A program made the translations under genes and the position numbers. Shown here in pieces: positions 61,001 to 64,000 of a stretch of DNA of 64,000 nt (its first letter is position 1; each line of letters begins with the position of its first letter). Source of the stretch: Gnetum montanum (lineage: Eukaryota; Plantae; Gnetophyta); contig MNCI01000952.1 of assembly GCA_015680685.1 (NCBI GenBank), positions 742,050 to 806,049 of the forward strand, written 5' to 3'. The notes beneath the pieces were generated by a model. The model worked only from the letters and a program-made list of their open reading frames with translations. It had not been told where the DNA came from and searched no databases.

Positions 61001-64000
61001 GCTACCATCAATAGTAGTGGGAATCCTCCACAACATTGGAAGTGTTCTTTCTTTAGGCATGGCTGTAGAAAGAGACAACACGATTTCAAAACCACTGCAT
61101 CCTCTGACTTAGCACAAGCCCAGCACTATGATGCACCTTCCTCTTTGAACTCAATGCCTCCTGTTACCTCATTTGGGCCATCAATTAACGCTCCAACAAC
61201 CATGCGATCCAATGGATATAACCACGTAGGGAGACATATCGATCCTTACATACCNTAATGGATATAACCACGTAGGGAGACATATCGATCCTTACATACC
61301 ATCTTATGGTCACGGGTGCCATAGTGGATCAGCTTCTTATCACATGACCATATCTTATAATCTGCCCCACTATGCTTACTGTAATCAAGTGTGTGAACCT
61401 CAATTTAGGTACATTCCTGCCACCACATCAAAAGATACCCAGTGGTTTGGATATGACCGAACCCTAATATTTCCAACATGCATGGATCCAAACTTTTCAT
61501 TTATTAATTCTTACCATGATCTAAGGTTTAGTTATGGGGGATACCCCACATTCTAATAAGAAGAATTAGTAAATGTTTTTCCTTTTCTTTGGTTTTACAA
61601 TTTTTTTCCAATTCTTATTCTCTAATTTTTCATCTTTCAATTTGTCATTTTATCTTTTTGAGGGTGATCTCATTTGTGAATAAAAATACTCATGTCATCT
61701 GTCAATTGAGGTGTTATTCTATGTTATTGAGTCACAAGGGACTAATTATTTGGATAGTGAACCCACAACATCCACCCACCCATTCTATGAATAAGAGGTT
61801 CTACTTTGGGTACGATGATATTCTTGTTATCATTAAAACCTAAAGTAACTTTGTATTCATTATGCCAAGAGTAAAGAGTGATGAACTAAGAGGGAATGGA
61901 AAGGGTGTGACATCAAGGGGACTTGTGGATTCTCTTTAGTGACATCTGTAGGTGATATCATGCAGCTTGGTTGTACTAAGATCCTTGTAGATCTAAAAAA
62001 AATGGGAGTAAGAGTTGTGATAAAGGCACTCAATAAAGGAACTCAATACTATTCTGGGGGGTTCCACTAGAAAGACATACATCCCTGCCTGAAGGTTGGT
62101 AGCTTCTCCAGATCACTTTTGGGAAAGACATTGCAAAAAGCGGTCGAAAGAAGAAAAATACAAGGAAAGAAAAAAGAGAAGAGAGAAAAAGAAAAGTAAG
62201 GGAAAAAATAAGAAATAAAGTGAAAAAGAAAAGATCAAGAAAAATGTGCCACAAATAAATTTGAATCACTCCTCCCTTGCACAAAATGCCAAGTGATTGT
62301 ACGCCTTGTTGTCATGATGCTCTTATGGTTATCTATCATTGGGATAAAATAATGCGATGTCACTGATCAGAGCTATGTACTTGGTTTTGATCTTGGAGTG
62401 AAAGGCTAATGGTACTTTAATCACACACAACACTTAGGATTCATTGTTTCCAGGGTAAGTTACCTCACGTCTTGATCTCTGCAATCCCTTCTATAATTCA
62501 TCTCATCTCATGGTCCAAGTATTTCTAACTTGTGTCTTGTGGGGCATAGAATTCATACCTCATCATGGTGATATTTAACATGTGTGTGTTTTGTTGCACA
62601 GCTGTGGATTGCATTTAACCCTTTTAGTGCCTACGGACATTTTAAGGTGTGGTTACGCAAGGGCATTATAGGTTGGAACTTGCTTTGGGGAGGATCCACT
62701 TGCATGATTTTTGTAATTTGTACTTTTTGCACACCACCACATCATTTTATATCCTCCAAGTACTCCATTGCCAAATCTATTTTTATCTTTGTCATCATTT
62801 TATCAAACATTCCTCAAAACCATTATGTGTCCTTTTATGTGTTAAACAGATTAGGTTTGACATTAAACTTTAAAAGTTCTAACTTTAAAGGTGGAGAGGT
62901 TAGGGCTAGAGTCTATGAAGAGGAACAACGACTATTTGTGGCATGGTATGTCAAGGCCAATCAAGTGTTCCTGCAACTTCCATGTCTGTGGGAAGCGTCG
63001 ACTCCATTAAACATTGGAACACTAGCATGGACGGCTCATGATCCTTGGACAAAAGAGGAGAAAATTCAAGTGCTTCTTCAAAGGTATCAATTTCTGAAGC
63101 CTAGAGTGTAGGAAAAAGGAAGGACACCCATGGAGAAGCCACCACCACCGGGAACCACATGAGTTCCACAAGTTTTGTATTTTGTGTCTATGTCCAAATT
63201 TTGTTTAATCCCACACTGTGGCATGAAACAATCCATGTTCATTTAATAATCCCATACCCATCCACTATTTGTAATTGAATGAACTTGTTCCTCACTTTTT
63301 TTTGACTCAAGGACAAGTTTTTGTTTAGTTGTGGGGGTATGATGAGTCACAGTTTCCCAGGCCCCGATATCGAGTACACGATATCAAGTATGCGATATCT
63401 CAGCCTGGATACAATATCGTATACATGATATTGTGATTTCCATGTTGGCATATAAATATAGCACTCAGGTGCATGGGGAGGAGTCTTTTCCAATAAGTCT
63501 TTGGGTCAAGTCTTTTTGTTAGTTTTTAGTTAGTTTTCGATTAGTTTCCAGTTCTTTTCCGAAGTGCATGCCCACAGTGTAATGCTTGTAATTATACGGA
63601 ACCCTTGTTTGAGTGTGACATACTTGGACACACACATGATCAACAATAAAAATTGAGATTACTCTATCATTGTATCATTCACTGAGATTTTAATTGTTTA
63701 ATTGTTAATTATCATTTATTATTTTCTTAGTTTATATTTCTTTATCGTCATTTACTATTACTATTGTTAATGTGGAATGAGTATGCCTTAATCACGAACA
63801 TTTAAGTGTAACTACTTGGTAACCCAATAGCGTATCTAGTAATGCTTAAGTAATGTGTGCTTGGTAATCCCAAAAGTAGTACACAAAGTCCAAGATTCAT
63901 ACGAATGATTAAGGATGAATGCTCATTGCACTTAGGCTAGGTTAGATTTTACTTCATATTGCTTATTAGCTTAATCAAGGTTATTTCTCATTGTCTTTAG
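58062..64000 (+). mobile_element. Second non-autonomous Athila-type element (gag only; additional ORF mostly deleted); 3' LTR runs off the window
   Basis: LTR 58062-58932. PBS TGGTGCCATTTCTGGGGA at 58934. gag remnant ~59067-61556 colinear with 47251-49574. Last ~90 codons of the additional ORF at ~62895-63162. PPT TTGTGGGGGTA, then LTR from 63340. Confidence 0.9.

Noticed and set aside
61210-61300. Tandem duplication around N61255
   Set aside because: Same N-associated overlap artefact; the paralogous element has a single copy.

Overview
Land-plant nuclear DNA (AT-rich, CpG-depleted, TE-dense). There is one intact host gene: a 24-exon full-size ABCG/PDR transporter (ATG 26136 to TAA 43571, + strand, 1457 aa after splicing). 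Its 9.3-kb intron 2 holds a complete antisense LTR retroelement (27954-34276, TSD TAGAT). Left of the gene is a decayed, once-autonomous Athila-type Ty3/gypsy element (1396-21297, - strand, TSD ATGAT). That element carries a nested gag-only SIRE-like Ty1/copia element (4965-10665) and a CpG-rich solo LTR (19220-20252). A second solo LTR follows (22137-23062, TSD CATGC). Right of the gene is a three-layer nest: LINE remnant < solo LTR 45973-55694 < pol-less Athila derivative 46283-55251. A second pol-less Athila derivative starts at 58062 and runs off the window. The most interesting signal is the ~900-codon additional ORF of the Athila family. It appears to have its own internal promoter, built from the same CGATATCG palindrome array as the LTR, plus a TATA, a non-coding exon and an acceptor-adjacent ATG. 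One pol-less copy keeps the whole module. No RNA genes or CRISPR arrays were seen. All coordinates were read by eye and no database searches were run.
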